Positions 49,694 through 61,143 of a DNA stretch of 64,000 nucleotides are shown piece by piece (the stretch's first letter is position 1; every line of letters begins with the position of its first letter). Origin of the DNA: Styela clava (lineage: Eukaryota); NCBI RefSeq assembly GCF_964204865.1, contig NC_135258.1, positions 10,788,001 to 10,852,000 on the forward strand, given 5' to 3'. The notes below the pieces were generated by a model. The model was not told the origin of the DNA. It was given only the letters and a program-made list of their open reading frames with translations, and made no database searches. The translations under genes were made by a program, and so were the position numbers.

Positions 49694-51397
49694 ATGTCGT
49701 CGTCTCGGACATCGATAACATCGTCGATGACGTCGGATCAAGCCAAGGCCGAGCGTAATCTACGTTTAGCGCAATTAAAGTTGGAGCGGGCGAAGAAGGA
49801 AGCTGCGCTTGAGAGCGAACGTGTCCAACTTGAACTTCAGCGAAGTATATTGGATGCGGAAATGGAAGCAAAACAAGCGAGGATAGAATTGGAAAGCGTC
49901 GGGGCAAGATCAATCAAAGGCTCAACGCGGGATGAAGAAGAAGAAGTGGAATCCCTAACCACCTTATCACCGAAGAGATTGATGGAATATGTGAAGACAC
50001 CAGCAGGGGGGAAGGGACTGTTTTCTGTGCCAAGTCACGATGCACAAATAATTAATAAACATAAAGGTAACTCGGAAATATTAGATTTTAATGAGGATTG
50101 TGACAGGAGTATTTTCAAAATTATAAATTCGGATCAGGATAAACGTTCTACTGCAGAAAAAATTGTTCAGCGGCCTATTTGTATGTTGGATCCAGGCGTA
50201 CCTCTCCATTATTCAAGTCCGGAGCGTGAGGTGCCTGTGAATCAAAGGATATTGGTGAGTCAAATTTTACCTGATAATTACGAGCAACCACTAGATCCAC
50301 AGATTAGTGCGGGGCAATTATTGTTGCCTAATTACGTCAAGCCAGAGATTAAGCCTGAGTTCAAATCTGCCAAGCATGATATCGTGTATGAGGATAAGGC
50401 AGGCATGAGGGCGCCATATGTGGCCAAGCCTCTTGCTACTGAAATGCCTAACATGACACTGAATGCTGTTGCGCAATTGACCAGGGCGATGATGGCGGGC
50501 ATGACTGATGTGGCAAATATAATCAAGCAGGGATTCACATTGCCTCAGATAAAACTTTCTGTGTTTGACGGGAACGTACTAAAATATCCTGAATTTGTTC
50601 GTGAGTTCAATAACTATATTGGGTCTTGCAAACTGGACACTGCTACAAAATTGAATTATCTAATATCTCATTGCACGGGTGAAGCAAAGGAAGCTATAAA
50701 ATCATGTGGGAATTTACCATCAGAAGAGGGATACAATTTGGCACGTAATATTCTTCATCGAAATTATGGTCAGACTCATTTAATCATTGATGCACATCTT
50801 AACTTGTTGTGTGAGGGACCCGCAATAAAAGTTAATGACATTGAAGCTTGGGATAAATTGCTTACTCAAACAAGAAGCACATTTATAACATTTTCACAAT
50901 TTGGTATTAGAGCCAATTTGGATGACTTAACTGTACTGAGAAAAATTGTCAAAAGGTTTCCATCTCAGCATTTGAGGAAATTTGCAAATTTGGCCAATGA
51001 TCGTTATAATGCTGGAGACTTGGTAAACTTCGATACACTCTTATCATTTATGGAATCTGTGTCAAATGTCAATCGATCAGGTTTTGGCAAACTTGCTCGC
51101 GAATCACAAAGGAAGAAGAAAGTTGACGATTCTGGAGGTACTCGTAGTAATCGCAAGATGTCATCCTTTCTCATATCCGAAGAAAATTCTGGTAAAGACA
51201 ATTCAAACCATAAAAATCATGAGTTGAAGTGCATGATATGTGACGGTAGTCATCAATTGTGGAAGTGTGCAAAATTCAAAGAAAAATAAGTTTCTTTCAG
51301 ACACAGGTTTGTGCGACAGAATAATATCTGTTTCAATTGTTTGATTCCTGGTCACTGGACAAGCCGGTGTCAATCTAAAATTCACTGTAGAGTGGAA
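49694..51397 (+). pseudogene. gag: BEL/Pao Gag (coiled-coil N-terminus, DUF1759-like core, three zinc knuckles), interrupted
   Basis: LPQIKLSVFDGNVLKYPEFVREF; knuckle CMICDGSHQLWKC; in-frame TAA at 51287-51289; then CFNCLIPGHWTSRC. The third knuckle CRVE|GCDLKHHTLLH is split by the nested element and resumes at 56194. Confidence 0.93.
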
Positions 51398-53535
51398 CAG
51401 TGTTAACTCTAAGCAAATTATGAGTGCGAAAGTGCTTCGCAGTCGAAAAAAAAAGTGCGAAAGTGCTTTTGCCGATTTTAACAAGTTAGGTGCCCTAGCC
51501 TTTCATATAACCCATTTAAAAGGGCATAGATACTCAAAAAAGCGATCCTCCGGTTAATATTATGAATTAAAAAGAAGCCTTTTCGTTAACCGAGTTCCCT
51601 TTAAGCGAATTCATGTTTAATTGAAACAAGCGAACGCATCGGCAACGAAATGACATCTGCTAACACCTGCCGGGACAAAACTTTCATGCAATGTATCACG
51701 GTGTCAGTTGCTTACTCGCGTAAACAGCAAAGACTTTCACATTTGTTACTCTTTCCATCTAACAGACACGAGCCAGGCTGGAAACCATATTAGTTACAGG
51801 GTGGATCGTTTGTACAAATCCCGTGCAAAAGAATCCCCCCCCCAACCCCCCCCCCCCCCCCCCCCCCCAAATATAAATAGCAATCAACTAATTAGGGTTA
51901 GGTGCGCTGGAAATTCAACTTTTCGATTTATCCCTAAACCTAATCTGATAATTATTAATTTGTGATTTTGAACCACTTTGAAAGTCGCCACCCGCTGTTT
52001 TAAAAGATAAGTTAACCTACGTTCCCTCCGAAATATTATGCTGGATACTCCCCTGTTTTAGGAGATAGGTTGACCTACTTTCCTTTCAAACCTTTTTCTT
52101 TTTCTCCGAAATATTACACAAGATCACTTTGAAAATCCTCCCGTTTCGTGAGCTAGCGTGACCTAATTTCTCATTTACATTTATATTATACTATTTCAGA
52201 GCTTACCCAAAGACAAGTAATTTTTAAATGTCGACATGCCTTGGTTTGTGTGCGAGTTAGTTTAAATCGGGCAGAAAACTTCATATATTGGCAAAATGTT
52301 CAGTAATGTCATGTACTTTCAGCATTCATAAATAGCACTCTTTGTAATGCTGCTGACTGACCTAGTATCAAATATTCGCATCACAACGCCACTTGCGAGG
52401 TTTCCATATATTTCAATTACACTAATAGGAACGATGATACCAAAGAGTTTTCTTTTGCGAAGGTACACTAAATATAACGAGGGTGATTCTTGAGAAAAAC
52501 ATGAATATAAAAAATAAACGAATGATATGATAGTGGATCCCAAATAATTTTGAGAGTGTCTCGAAATACCAATCCATTTGAATAATAATATTATTCGACC
52601 ACATGAACGCTGATATCCTGAAAATTAATGTTGAAAGAGAATTACGCATTCTCAGATATCGGACATCCAGTCGCGATATTCAATCGTTCATATGCACAAA
52701 TCTCACATTAATAGTAATTGCTACCCAAGTTTGTGAAGTTAGAAACCAACAAACAAAAAATAACTTATCCTAAAACACAATTAAAATTCAGTCGGCAATA
52801 AATTCGTCGCCAAGACGATGCAATACAAAGCAAAAAAGATTTGGTCGCGAGAGTTACGTGAGATGACTGCCGTTGTTTTTTAAGCAGAATGTAAAAAAAA
52901 TTATAATTAATAAACGGGAGTTACGACGCCCTTCACACATCGTGTGTATTAAACTTCCCTGGTAAGTACTTTGGTAAGTACTATTATTATTGTACTTATA
53001 CACCTGTTGGAGTATTTCGGACAATTTTGAATTTAAAATAAATGAAAACCCGACATATAATAATGACGCAAAAGTAAAATGAACATTTATTGAAAAAGTT
53101 ATTATTTAAGAAAGACAACATGATCGTACAATTCCGCCAAAACCTCAATGTTCGCAAGTGAGATGATAAATAAATACTTCCCTGTATTCGATCAATTAAC
53201 TTTAGCGTATCGTTGTTCTGCCAACAAACAGCCGGGTGCAAAATATTTCCGTCCTGTGATATGCTCACAAATATTCTCGATATTAATATCATACCCTCGC
53301 GTATGTACTTTCTATTAGCTCTTTAGTGATCCCTTCCATCCTTGGCCAAGTCATGTTTCGAATATGTGAACATTTTATTCGACCCAACGTGGCCGGCGTG
53401 ATGTTAAAATTGTAAACAAGAGAGAGGTAAAATCAATCGCTAATTTCGTTATAACGGCTCGGCTCGTTTACGAATTGTTGCGCCTGTTATCGTCGAAAAT
53501 GATTACATTTGTTGTATTTTGAGGCATTTAAGCAG

Positions 53536-54805
53536 TAATAATTAGGGCATGACATCATCAAAATCGCCAAGTGAGATCTTGAAATTGCAAATTCCGTAAA
53601 TAAAATTGTGAATTATTCGGTAAGGAATTCAGCTTTAATGACCGTCGGGGTATTGTTTTGTTGAAAATTATTATTAATGTGAGAGCGCCAAAAACATACA
53701 GTCCATACCGATGCGACTGCAATTTATATGGTCGCAATTGGTCTGGCGCGTTTATTAATAGTGTAAAATAAATTAAACGAATATCAATTATAACCAAGCC
53801 TGTCAGCGTGTTTATTTTCTGTTGGCAGGAATCATAATATACCATCTTGAGACAAATTCACTCCTATTACAAAATCTTAATTTTCAGTTATTATCGTTAT
53901 ACAAATAACGTGTGGCAACTTTTTAATTTATCGTCGACCAAAAAACCGCCCCACACTCGTCCAAACGTGTGTCGAGCTTGAACGACAGGAACAGATTTAT
54001 CGACGACCTTAATTAGGGAAAATATGCATTTTATTGGGAATGCAAAATAAATGTAACTGAACGCATTTTTTTGTGATATAACTTTGTATTTTCGGAAACG
54101 GGTTGCCGTGAAAGGTAAAATTTGATCTAAATTAATCGCAAAAATGTTTTATTTTAAATGTAACAAAACACATTTTGCGATATAATCTTGTATTTTCGAA
54201 AACGGGTGTCCTGGAAAGTAAAATATGATCTAAATTAATCGCAAAAATGTTTTATTTTAAATGTAACAAAACACATTACAACTGTATTTTCGGATACCGG
54301 GTGTCATGAAGAGTAAAATATGATCTGAATTAACCGTAAATAATGTTTCATTCCAAATGTATCATAACGCATTTTTTGCGATATAACTTTGTATTTTCGA
54401 AAACGGGGCGTAACGAAAATTATTAATCTAATGTTTTATCTATCGTCTAACTAACGTCAAACACATCATTTTCGGGGAGAACTCTAGCCCGCGAAACGTC
54501 ATTTAATTTAAAATAGAGAATGTTTCACGCATTTCAAAACGGAAAATCACCTGTAAGTGGACGGGAATTCAACCATCCGGATTCAGTATTCTATACCCCC
54601 GTGTCAGAACTTTCTGAAGAATGGAACAAAGAACATGTCAAACCGCCGTGGAAGAAGGGGGAGTATTTTTTGCACTAATAATTAGGGCGTGACATTATCA
54701 AAATCTTCAAGAAACTGGTGAATTTGCAAATTCCCTAAATAAAATTGTGAATTGCTTGGTAACATTTTAGCTATAATCATCGCCGGGGTATTGTTTTGTT
54801 GAAAA
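53536..54805 (+). repeat. Dispersed direct repeat pair (~130 bp) at 53536-53667 and 54676-54805 inside the nested element
   Basis: Both read taataattagggc.tgacat.atcaaaatc...ttgcaaattcc.taaataaaattgtgaatt...ggggtattgttttgttgaaaa. Confidence 0.85.
54049..54415 (+). repeat. Tandem repeat, ~3.6 copies of a ~100-bp unit
   Basis: Units start aaatgta at 54049, 54156, 54259 and 54355; shared tgtattttcg.aaacggg and gtaaaat.tgatct.aattaa.cg. Confidence 0.9.
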
Positions 54806-56193
54806 CACGTTGAAACTTGAGGGAATTAGTTACAATTAGCGCCTGAATTCTATTAGGCACTCGAGCACTCGAAAAAAAAAGCACTCGAGCCCAATCTTTT
54901 TAGCATTAAGTTGCATACGTAAAATATCCTGTAAAAGAAGTGCTGTTCATTAACGTCATCTCGTCTTATGACCACGCAGAAATGCCTTTATATCCGAATT
55001 ATTCAATCACTATTTTAAATCAACATTCAGGATTGGCACAATTTCAGATTTGCGAAGTTTATCGCCATAGAAATACATGAGAAAGTTAATTATCGTCTCA
55101 ATAAATATCTGCATCACGGTATGGACAATAATATTACCATTCGCATAAAATTGGGACGGTAAATTTACAAATCTTGATAGGTAATATTAAAGCCAACGCA
55201 AATGTTAATTTGAGTCCTCAATGTCTTCAACAGCTGTTGCCGATGTGAACGAACGGGTAAACCCGAAATATAAAACTTCAATGTCCGCCGACCCACAAGA
55301 ATTCATATTTGTATAAAAGAGAGGGCGGGAATATAGATTACCCAAAACCTGGATATCGCCGCCAAAACGATCGCTGACAAGAACAATTAGCGATTACAAC
55401 GGAATTAACCAGTAAAAAGGCTTTGTTGCCGATTTTTCAATGTTTCCACCACGTTTATTCGGTACTCCTTAAAAATATTCGATTCAAAAAAATATTGAAT
55501 TTTGCCGACCTCGCATATCAATGAGAAATAGTTCTGTAAATATCGCAAAATTACGGAAAATGCCACTCCTTTCAACATTGTGATTACAATAAAATGGCAC
55601 TTAATAATGGTATTTTGTGAATTTGGTGATTTTGCAAATCTGTGACATGCTGCTAAGAGTTTCGTCTGATTTGAAAATCGTGCAGTTTGGTCACAATTCA
55701 TTCAAAGTGACTATAACACCTAACACTTTTATAGTCATTTTGAATTCATCGATATCATTGATAGTCACATGACTACTCTCTTCAAAGAAACGCACTGTGT
55801 ATTATTCCAACATCTGGTTTCAATCACCCGGGAGCTTTTGCGAGAGAAGCGGAATGGGTGTGCTTGTATAATAATCATATTATAAACAAGAATTTTGCCG
55901 TTAATGCAAAAGCTTTATCTCCTATGTCTGCATCTCATAGGTTAGAATTCCGGTAAATATCGTTATGATATGCATAATTGAGTTACAAAAGTACTAGTAT
56001 GTTACTTATTTGTCAACTTAATACTCGAAAATATTTGTTAACTTTGAATTTTTATTCCATTCAAAATCAGAAAAAAGTGCTATTTCTCTTCAAAATCGGA
56101 AAAAAGTGCTATTTCGCAGTCCCTAAAAAAAGTTGCGAAAGTGCTTCGCAATTTTCGCAAAAAAGTGCGCTAATAGTGAACACTGGAGTGGAA

Positions 56194-56788
56194 GGCTGTG
56201 ACCTAAAACATCATACGCTGTTACACTTTAAACATTCAAAGAATGGACGAAAAAACGCTAAAGTTGACTTGAATAAATCAACTGTCGACGCTCGGTCTGA
56301 GGAGCATGGGGACGTTCATCATCGAAGGAGGCCGGGTCTGAACCAGTTGAAGAGGCCGGGACTCGTGTTTTATCGTCATTTTGTTCATCAAGAGAGACAA
56401 CATCACATATTCGTAGAAAGGTAGTACCAGTTAGATGTTGGGGATCGGATGGCCGATCTTGCGACACGTATGCCTTTCTAGATGATGGTTCTGATGTATC
56501 GCTATGTACAAATGATTTGATGAAGAGGCTTGGCATAAAAAGTGTCAAAGATGAAATTGTTTTGAAAACCTTGGGTGGTGTCGTTAAGACTGACAGTGCT
56601 CGAGTATCATTGAAACTTCGTGGATTGCGTGAAGTGCATTCAATTCACATCAAAGACGTCAGAGTTCTAGATAGACTTCCGTTCCATCCGATCTGGAGAT
56701 TAACATTCCTACAAATGCTGATTCGTTAAGATGCAATCACATTCGGGCCCTGAATTTTCCAACGCTTGAAAATGCCAAAGTTGAGATT
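56194..56788 (+). pseudogene. BEL/Pao Gag C-terminus and aspartic protease, frameshifted
   Basis: GCDLKHHTLLH, then after a frame change RKVVPVRCWG...TYAFLDDGSDVSLC (protease active-site motif). A second frame change near 56680 precedes ...KVEILVGVD. Confidence 0.88.
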
Positions 56789-59700
56789 TTGGTAGGCGTG
56801 GATGCTACGGAGGTGCATGTAATTTCTGGGATGAGACGTGGGAAAAAGGGTCAACCATATGCCGCAAGAACAGCTCTAGGCTGGGCGTTGTTTGGTCCTG
56901 ATGATACTTACAATCAGTGCGATGAATCTCATGTTGACAATATTTCATGGATTTCTTTGAACAATGACAAACTGCATGAGCAAATGGAGAAAGCGTTCGA
57001 AACAGAGTTTTCAGGTTGCGATGCATTCGATACTGCTCCTTCAATAGAAGATAAGGCTGCATTATCAATCATGGCAAATACCATCTGTAAAGTGGATGGT
57101 CATTATCAAGTGAGCATTCCTTGGAAAAGTAAAGATCCGAAATTGCCAAATAATATAAAAATTGCTGAGTCACGTCTTACCAATTTAAAGAAAAGATTGC
57201 TTCGTGATCCAGAATTGCATGATAAATATAAGAAGAAAATGGAAGACTACATATCGAATGGGCATGCAAGTAAAATTTCAAATGACAAGTTGAAACACAC
57301 CAAGAAGACGTGGTATCTTCCTCATCACTGCACAGGAGGAAAGTTTCGGATTGTTTTCGATGCTTCTGCTAGATACCAAGACACATCTCTTAATGACAAT
57401 ATTCTATGTGGACCTTCTCAAACTAATTCGCTAATTGGTGTCTTATCAAGATTTCGACAAGAAAAGATTGCTGTGGTTGCTGATATCAAAAGTATGTATC
57501 ACCAGGTTCTGGTTACACCTGAAGATCGCGAAGCTTTGAGATTTTTATGGTGGCCAGATGGTGATCTCAAACAACCAGTAGCGGAGTATCAAATGAACGT
57601 TCATCTTTTTGGTGGAAATTGGTCGCCAAGTGTTGCATGCTACGCTTTAAGACGGGTAGCTGAAGATAATGCAAACCATGAAGATGAAGAAACCTTAAAT
57701 GCGATCAGAAAGAGTTTTTATGTCGATGACTTGGAACGATCTGAGCTGACTGTTCCTCTTGCATTAAAACGAATTAAGGAAGTTTTCGGTTTATTGGAAA
57801 ATGGGGGTTTCCATCTTTCGAAGTTTTCCAGCAATAGCATTGAAGTTATGAATTCTATACCTGAAGTTGACAGAGCTGTTTCATCAGTGAATTTAAATCT
57901 TGACAAAGTGTCATCGCAAAAGGTACTCGGACTGTCTTGGAATATTCCACTAGATTCTTTTGTATTTGAAGTTGATATTCAGCAGAAACCATATACTCGG
58001 AGGGGATTGCTCTCAATGCTGAGTCAAGTTTTCGATCCTTTGGGTATGCTGGGCCCATTCCTGTTGCCGATGAAAAGGTTATTGCAGCGTTTGTGTACCC
58101 AGGATCTCAGATGGGATGATGATCTTCCTGTAGATGCAATTAAACTATGGGAGAATTGGATTGGACAATTATCTGAATTGACAAAAGTGAATGTACCAAG
58201 ATGGCTACATGGAACCAGGTATGATTCATGCAAGATGCAGTTACATACTTTTTGTGATGCCAGTGAATCTGGCCTTGGAGCAGTTTGTTATGTAAGAGTT
58301 GTCGGCACTTCTGGAGCAGTTCAATATGAATTTGTTGCAGGAAAATCTAGAGTAACTCCTCTGAAGGCAGTATCAATTCCTCGATTAGAACTGTGTGCGG
58401 CAGTGGTTGCATCAAAACTGAGTGCTATGATTCAATTGGAATTGGAATATAAATTTGAAAAGATTGTCTACTGGACAGATTCAATGTCTGTTTTACAGTA
58501 CATCAATAATGTGTCAACCCGATTTAAAGTTTTTGTTGCAAATCGAATTGCCACCATCCATGAACTTTCAGAGCCATCGCAGTGGCGTCACGTGGGAACA
58601 AAGAATAACCCAGCTGACATTGCTTCAAGGGGAGTAATGCCCAGGACATTGAACAAGTGCAACATGTGGTTTCATGGACCAAACTTTCTTAGTGATTCTG
58701 AGGAAAACTGGCCTGAAAGACCAAAGATATTACCACAGATTTCAGATAAGGATCCAGAAACAAAGGCGACACGTCAACTGTGTGCAACAACTGGAAAATC
58801 GAAGCCAGCTCTATTCAAGATCTTGGAAAGATATTCATCATGGATAAAGCTATGTAGAAGTGTTGCCTGGTTGTATCGCTTCAAGAAATGTATTCTGTGG
58901 AAGTATGGTAAGAAAGATAAACCTAAATTTCATCAAATTGGATTGAGTGTTGATGAACTCAAGATGGCATCAATTATTATTAGACTTGTACAAGATGAAT
59001 CATTTTCTAGTGAAGATGTGAAACTGACTAAATCATCAAGTTTGAAGAGTCTGACACCATGCTTGATCGATGGGGTAATTAGCGTTGGTGGACGACTTCA
59101 ACGCTCAAGTTTATCTCAAGAATCGAAGCATCAAATGATTTTACCATATCATCATCATGTTACAGACTTGATAATCGACCATTATCACGATCAAGAAGGA
59201 CACAGTGGTGTATTACACATCTTGTCTGTGATCAGGGAAAAGTTTTGGATAATCAAAGGACATTCAGCAATTAGAAATCGAATACGAAGATGTCTAAAGT
59301 GTAAAATCATGCATTCCAAGTCTGGAGCACAAATTATGGCACCATTACCAGAAGTTAGAGTAACACCAGGAAATTCTCCTTTTGCAAGTACAGGAGTAGA
59401 TTTGATGGGACCGGTATTGATCAAGTCTGGCCGGAGTGAAGTCAAAAGATGGGCTGCTATTTTCACCTGCATGGCTACCAGAGCTCTTCATATTGAAGTT
59501 GTCAATTCTTTAGACGCATCAGCATTTCTTGAGGCCTTTGATCGTTTTACTGCAAGACGAGGTTTACCTCTGGAAGTGTTCTCTGACAATGGTACAAACT
59601 TCACTTCCTCTAACAAATATTTGAAGGAAGGTGTTGAAAGATGGAACAAGTCCGTTCATCAGAGTCTCAGCCGAAAGGAAATAAAGTGGAATTTTAACCC

Positions 59701-60265
59701 TCCTGCTGCCAGTCATTGGGGCGGTTGCTGGGAACGCATGATACGGTCTGTCAGAAAAGTGTTAACTGCTCTTGTTGGGGAACGGCAGCTGACGGAGGCA
59801 TCTTTCTACACATTTCTGACACAAGTAGAAAGGATACTGAATAACCGACCAATCACAGCCGTTGGAGATGACCCTAAGGATTTGAAAGCATTGACACCTG
59901 GAATGTTGCTGACTGGACGTCTAGATCCTGCATATTCATCTGACATATTTCTCAAGGCTGATGGATACAGAAAATCATGGAAGTTGGTTCAGTGGATGGC
60001 AGATCAATTTTGGACTCGTTGGGTGAAGGAATATTTGCAAATACTACAGACTCGTCAAAAATGGCAACAACAAAAGAGGAATTTTGCTATTGGAGATTTA
60101 GTGCTTGTTTCGGATGAGAACTCTCCTCGTGGATCTTGGCCTAAAGCTCTTGTGGAAGAAGTTTATCCAGACCAATATGGAAATGTTCGTCGAGTTCGTG
60201 TTAGAACAGCAAAGTCGACTTACATTCGGGACATAAGGAAGCTGTGTTACTTAGAGTCACCTTGA
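56789..60265 (+). CDS. pol: BEL/Pao Pol: reverse transcriptase, RNase H (Peptidase_A17-type domain), integrase, DUF5641-like tail
   Basis: 1158-aa open frame: WYLPHH, FRIVFDAS, ADIKSMYHQV, HLFG..WSP, FYVDD (RT); HTFCDASE, SIPRLELCAA, WTDS, NPADIASRG (RH); H..H..CLKC, GVDLMGP, SDNGTNF, GGCWERMI (IN); FWTRWVKEYL. The annotated start is not a true start; it is part of a broken single Gag-Pol frame. Confidence 0.96.
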   Translation: MVGVDATEVHVISGMRRGKKGQPYAARTALGWALFGPDDTYNQCDESHVDNISWISLNNDKLHEQMEKAFETEFSGCDAFDTAPSIEDKAALSIMANTICKVDGHYQVSIPWKSKDPKLPNNIKIAESRLTNLKKRLLRDPELHDKYKKKMEDYISNGHASKISNDKLKHTKKTWYLPHHCTGGKFRIVFDASARYQDTSLNDNILCGPSQTNSLIGVLSRFRQEKIAVVADIKSMYHQVLVTPEDREALRFLWWPDGDLKQPVAEYQMNVHLFGGNWSPSVACYALRRVAEDNANHEDEETLNAIRKSFYVDDLERSELTVPLALKRIKEVFGLLENGGFHLSKFSSNSIEVMNSIPEVDRAVSSVNLNLDKVSSQKVLGLSWNIPLDSFVFEVDIQQKPYTRRGLLSMLSQVFDPLGMLGPFLLPMKRLLQRLCTQDLRWDDDLPVDAIKLWENWIGQLSELTKVNVPRWLHGTRYDSCKMQLHTFCDASESGLGAVCYVRVVGTSGAVQYEFVAGKSRVTPLKAVSIPRLELCAAVVASKLSAMIQLELEYKFEKIVYWTDSMSVLQYINNVSTRFKVFVANRIATIHELSEPSQWRHVGTKNNPADIASRGVMPRTLNKCNMWFHGPNFLSDSEENWPERPKILPQISDKDPETKATRQLCATTGKSKPALFKILERYSSWIKLCRSVAWLYRFKKCILWKYGKKDKPKFHQIGLSVDELKMASIIIRLVQDESFSSEDVKLTKSSSLKSLTPCLIDGVISVGGRLQRSSLSQESKHQMILPYHHHVTDLIIDHYHDQEGHSGVLHILSVIREKFWIIKGHSAIRNRIRRCLKCKIMHSKSGAQIMAPLPEVRVTPGNSPFASTGVDLMGPVLIKSGRSEVKRWAAIFTCMATRALHIEVVNSLDASAFLEAFDRFTARRGLPLEVFSDNGTNFTSSNKYLKEGVERWNKSVHQSLSRKEIKWNFNPPAASHWGGCWERMIRSVRKVLTALVGERQLTEASFYTFLTQVERILNNRPITAVGDDPKDLKALTPGMLLTGRLDPAYSSDIFLKADGYRKSWKLVQWMADQFWTRWVKEYLQILQTRQKWQQQKRNFAIGDLVLVSDENSPRGSWPKALVEEVYPDQYGNVRRVRVRTAKSTYIRDIRKLCYLESP

Positions 60266-60402
60266 TTTGTACATATTTATGAATTACACATTTTGTTTCA
60301 AATTGCACCTAATGTTAACTAGTGATCGGGAAGAAACTTGTCTGTATTTGTTAAAATGTTTGAAAATAACTTTTGTTCAATTCGTTATTTTGAGGCCGGG
60401 AA

Positions 60403-61143
60403 TGTTACAGACAAAGTTTCTTTGTTTTATTTCATATATATTTGACCTGGGGTTATCTCGAGATAGATCGGTCATTGCACTTTGTCGAATGACCGTTCAG
60501 GAAATTACTCCCTTTAAGGCGATTTCACCATCTGTTCGTGGGCAGGAATGAGCATGTCAGCGTAAAGAAAGTTTGTTATCGGCCTTTTCTTTTTCTCTCG
60601 TTTTTGTTTGTTTATTATTTTGAATAATTGCCAGTCGGCTGTTTACCATTTATTTCGTGTTAAGAGTTAGCTGTTGAAGAAGTGCTAATTTATTCGCCGC
60701 AATGAGCGGATTTGTTTACTTGTCCATCAGTTTAATAATCAGGTTTGATTCATTTTGCCTATCTTGTATTTTAATGTTGCTATTGTTTGCATCGTTTAGA
60801 ATTAAGTATGTTATTAACCTGCCTGTTGGGTTGGTCGTAAACTTTAGCAACCCTCAATATTGTTGTAATCAATTGATTATTGGACCTCAACATTGCTATA
60901 TCAATTTATTCGGACTTCTACATTCTACAATACTGGAATCGTTTGTTTTTTATCACCACACAATTTCCTATTTCACGTGACTTCAATAGATTTCAATCAT
61001 ATTCAAGCTGTGGAGTTGTTAACAGCGAGAAACCAGGCAGGTAATACATAAAAGAAAGTTAATAGCGCGAAGTGTCACCGCCCAACACGTTATAGGCTTC
61101 TTGTAGAGCCTCAACATAAGTACTAAGTCGCTTATAATCTACA
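60403..61143 (+). repeat. 3' LTR (741 bp)
   Basis: Near-identical to 48872-49612; preceded by the polypurine tract at 60392-60402 and followed by TSD GTACC. Confidence 0.97.

Larger units (their letters stand above)
51398..56185. mobile_element. Non-autonomous hAT-like DNA transposon, 4788 bp, nested in the BEL gag
   Basis: Exact 8-bp TSD GAGTGGAA (51390-51397, 56186-56193). TIRs cagtgttaactctaagc vs cagtgttcactattagc (14/17). Clustered aaagtgc / gcgaaagtgcttcgca subterminal repeats at both ends. No long ORF. Confidence 0.93.
48872..61143 (+). mobile_element. Full-length BEL/Pao LTR retrotransposon (12.27 kb including a nested 4.8-kb insertion)
   Basis: Paired TG...CA LTRs. 5-bp TSD GTACC at 48867-48871 and 61144-61148. 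Gag-PR-RT-RH-IN order with BEL-type motifs. Purine-rich tract gaggccgggaa immediately before the 3' LTR. Confidence 0.98.

Noticed and set aside
54049-54415. Regularly spaced repeats that might suggest a CRISPR-like array
   Set aside because: Whole ~100-bp units are similar end to end with no unique spacers, no cas genes, and the context is eukaryotic.
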